Below, in pieces: positions 29,833 to 32,000 of a DNA stretch of 32,000 nt. Within the stretch, counting starts at the first letter, position 1. Every line of letters begins with the position of its first letter. The stretch is from NCBI RefSeq assembly GCF_000017305.1, contig NC_009664.2, positions 450,001 to 482,000 on the forward strand. The letters are read 5' to 3'. Source of the DNA: Kineococcus radiotolerans SRS30216 = ATCC BAA-149 (GTDB lineage Bacteria > Actinomycetota > Actinomycetes > Actinomycetales > Kineococcaceae). The notes under the pieces are model-generated. The model was given only the letters and a program-made list of their open reading frames with translations, had not been told where the DNA came from and ran no database searches. The position numbers and the translations under genes were made by a program.

Positions 29833-31573
29833 CCTCGACCTTCCTCCTGGGTACCGCATCGACCCGAAGTCCGGGGCGTGGATCTCCTCGCCCTGGCCGG
29901 AGGACCCTGAGGCCAAGGCCTTGATCGTCCGCCAGAGCCTCGGCCCCAGCCTCATCGACTGGGCCGAGGGTCGCGGCGACGGCCCTGGCCTCACGCACTA
30001 CCTGACCGGCGACCAGTGGCGGTTCACCCCAGGCCAGAAGCGGTTCCTGATCCTCTGGTACTGGGTCAACGAGGACGGCCGGTTCGTCTACCGCTCCGGC
30101 GTCAAGCGCGGCAGCAAGGGCACCGGCAAGGACCCCTTCGCCGCGGCCTGGCTGCTGGGCGAGCTCGCCGGCCCCGCCCGCCTCCACGACTGGGACGAGC
30201 GGACCGGCACCCCGGTGGGTGCCCCGCACGGCATGCCTCTCGTGCAGATCGGCTCCAACAGCGAAGCGCAGTCGAAGGACGTGCTGCGCATCGCCAACGC
30301 GCTGCTCTCGCGCGAGGCCCGGGACTACTACGGCATCGACTGCGGCGAGACGCGCACCATCCTGCGCGACTCCGGCGGGCGCCTCGAGGTGCTCACCGCC
30401 TCGGAGAAGTCGTCCGAGGGCGACCCGGCCACGGCCATCGCCCTGAACGAGTCACACCACATGACGGAGTCGAACGGCGGCCACAACCTAGCCGACGTGG
30501 CCCGCCGCAACGTCGGCAAGTCGCCAGCGTCGGTGCAGGCGCGGATGGTGGAGTTCACCAACGCCCACCGTCAGGGCTACGACTCCGTCGGGGAGCTGTC
30601 CTACAAGGCCTGGCAGGCGCAGGCCGCGGGGAAGACCAAGAAGCGCGACATCCTCTACGACTCGATCGAGGCTCCCCCCAGCACAGACCTCTACGACGAC
30701 GCGTCCCGCATGGCCGGGCTGCGCGCGGCGTACAGCGACGCGGAGTGGGCGGACATCGAGCGGCTGTCCGATGAGGTGCTGGACCCGCGCACAAGCGTGG
30801 CGGACTCGATCCGCTTCTACCTCAACGGCCTCGCCGCCGCAGAGGACGCGTGGATCGACCCCCGGGCGTTCGACGAGTGCGCCAGGCCCAACCTCACAGT
30901 CATGCCGGGCGAGCAGATCGCGATGTTCCTGGACTGCTCCAAGTCCTCGGACGCGACCGGCCTGGTCGCCTGTCGCCTCTCCGACGGCCACGTCATCCAG
31001 CTCGGCGTGTGGCAGAAGCCGCACGGCGACCGGGGCAAGACGTGGCTGGCGCCGCGGGAGAAGGTCGACGCCGCGGTGCGCAACGCGTTCGCCACCTACG
31101 AGGTGCTGTGGTTCGGCGTGGACCCCTCCCCGGCGAAGGACGACGAGACCGAGGCCCTCTACTGGGCGTCCTCGATCGACGGCTGGCACCGGGACTTCCG
31201 CGACGACCTCGCGCTGTGGGCCGCGCCCGGCAAGACGGGCGGGAACTCGGTGCGCTTCGACATGCGCCTCTCCGAGGTGGGTGGTGTCGAGCGCAACGCG
31301 GCCTTCACGAAGCAGGCCGAGCGGACCCAGCACGACATCGACACCGACAAGTCGCTGACCCACGACGGGTCGCCGGCCCTGACGGTGCACGTGCAGAACG
31401 CGAAGGCCCGCCCGAACAAGTGGGGCGTCTCGCTGGGAAAGAAGACCCGCGACTCCTCGCACCTGGTGGACCTCGCGGTCTGCATGGTCGGCGCCCGCCT
31501 GGGCCGGCAGTTGGTGCTCGACTCCGGGGCCCTGGCCTCCAAGAAGAAGAAGCGATCCGGACGAGTGTGGTGA
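29810..31573 (+). CDS. Terminase large subunit
   Basis: 587 aa. Walker-A-like RGSKGTGKD, IALNESHH, C-terminal nuclease-like region. The TTG start (23-nt overlap with the small subunit) is uncertain. Confidence 0.85.
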   Translation: MTTTATSDLDLPPGYRIDPKSGAWISSPWPEDPEAKALIVRQSLGPSLIDWAEGRGDGPGLTHYLTGDQWRFTPGQKRFLILWYWVNEDGRFVYRSGVKRGSKGTGKDPFAAAWLLGELAGPARLHDWDERTGTPVGAPHGMPLVQIGSNSEAQSKDVLRIANALLSREARDYYGIDCGETRTILRDSGGRLEVLTASEKSSEGDPATAIALNESHHMTESNGGHNLADVARRNVGKSPASVQARMVEFTNAHRQGYDSVGELSYKAWQAQAAGKTKKRDILYDSIEAPPSTDLYDDASRMAGLRAAYSDAEWADIERLSDEVLDPRTSVADSIRFYLNGLAAAEDAWIDPRAFDECARPNLTVMPGEQIAMFLDCSKSSDATGLVACRLSDGHVIQLGVWQKPHGDRGKTWLAPREKVDAAVRNAFATYEVLWFGVDPSPAKDDETEALYWASSIDGWHRDFRDDLALWAAPGKTGGNSVRFDMRLSEVGGVERNAAFTKQAERTQHDIDTDKSLTHDGSPALTVHVQNAKARPNKWGVSLGKKTRDSSHLVDLAVCMVGARLGRQLVLDSGALASKKKKRSGRVW

Positions 31574-31586
31574 GAAGGAGGCCGGC

Positions 31587-32000
31587 ATGGTGCTCGCCAA
31601 GGCCTCTGTGGTCGAGCTGGTGCACGACGTCCTGTGGCCGGAGTGGGAGCAGCAGCGGCAGCACCTGGACTGGATCGACCGCTGGGCCCGGTGGGTGCCG
31701 GACGAGATTAAGCTGCCCCGCACGGCGACCGCCGAGCACAAGAGGCTCGCCGAGCTGTCCAACACGCCTTGGCTGAGCCTGGTCGTCACGACGACGGCCC
31801 AGTGTCTCGGCGTTGACTCACTGAAGTCCTCCCGCGACATCGGCCGTGACCTGGACCCCCAGGAGCGCGGCCCGTGGCGGACGTGGGTCATGAACCGCTT
31901 CGACCAGCGCCAGAACGCCATTCACCGCGCGGCGCTGACCTACGGCACGGCCTACAACAAGATCATGCCCGGGCAGGACCAGCGCAGCGGCGAACCGATG
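31587..32000 (+). CDS. Portal protein (first 138 codons; continues past window end)
   Basis: Not in ORF track because no stop lies in the window. ATG 31587 after GAAGGAGG. Open to 32000. Follows the large terminase. NRFDQRQNAIHRAALTYGTAYNKI resembles SPP1 Gp6-type portals. Confidence 0.7.
   Translation, partial: MVLAKASVVELVHDVLWPEWEQQRQHLDWIDRWARWVPDEIKLPRTATAEHKRLAELSNTPWLSLVVTTTAQCLGVDSLKSSRDIGRDLDPQERGPWRTWVMNRFDQRQNAIHRAALTYGTAYNKIMPGQDQRSGEPM

Larger units (their letters stand above)
6442..32000 (+). mobile_element. Integrated temperate phage (prophage), left junction to portal gene; continues beyond window
   Basis: A tRNA-fragment junction, a divergent cI/cro pair, replication and recombination genes, HNH + P27 small terminase + large terminase + portal, about 60 co-oriented genes with 4-nt overlaps, and visibly lower G+C than 1-6400. 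Confidence 0.9.

Overview
High-G+C actinobacterial chromosome segment, annotated from manual translation, motif recognition and repeat finding only; no searches were run. Positions 1-6.4 kb carry ordinary host genes: a partial SDR oxidoreductase, a Tat-exported PhoD phosphatase with a PHO-box-like repeat upstream, a secreted protein made only of three CWB2 cell-wall-binding repeats, a MurE-type ligase outside any dcw context, and one hypothetical gene. At about 6.44 kb an orphan 3' tRNA fragment (T-arm plus acceptor strand, with its own intrinsic terminator) marks the junction with a temperate, siphovirus-like prophage. The prophage fills the rest of the window and continues past 32000. No integrase is present at this end. 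The minus strand carries a cI-like repressor followed by a small two-TM membrane protein. Divergent from it is an apparently leaderless cro-like gene, followed by about 60 tightly packed plus-strand genes with ATGA/GTGA start-stop overlaps. These include an HTH_17 protein, a beta sliding clamp, a DEDDh exonuclease, WhiB, a ParB-like protein, a sigma-70-family factor with a Cys4 tail, an HNH nuclease, a replisome-organizer-like protein with an internal ori-like repeat cluster, WDGH, MazG-like, RuvC-like, many small unknowns including tandem paralogs, DUF3307 and a T5orf172/GIY-YIG-like nuclease. The late module follows: DUF3263-like, HNH, a structured cos-candidate region, P27-type small terminase, large terminase and the start of the portal gene. 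The leads I rate highest are: (1) the repressor-linked membrane protein at the prophage tip, a candidate exclusion or defence gene; (2) a recurring roughly 25-nt junction cassette with tandem paralogs; (3) the ori-like cluster inside the organizer gene; (4) the ParB / duplicated HTH / sigma-zinc-ribbon block; (5) tandem Cys/His mini-protein paralogs missing from the ORF track. Most long minus-strand ORFs in the track are GC-driven antisense artefacts.
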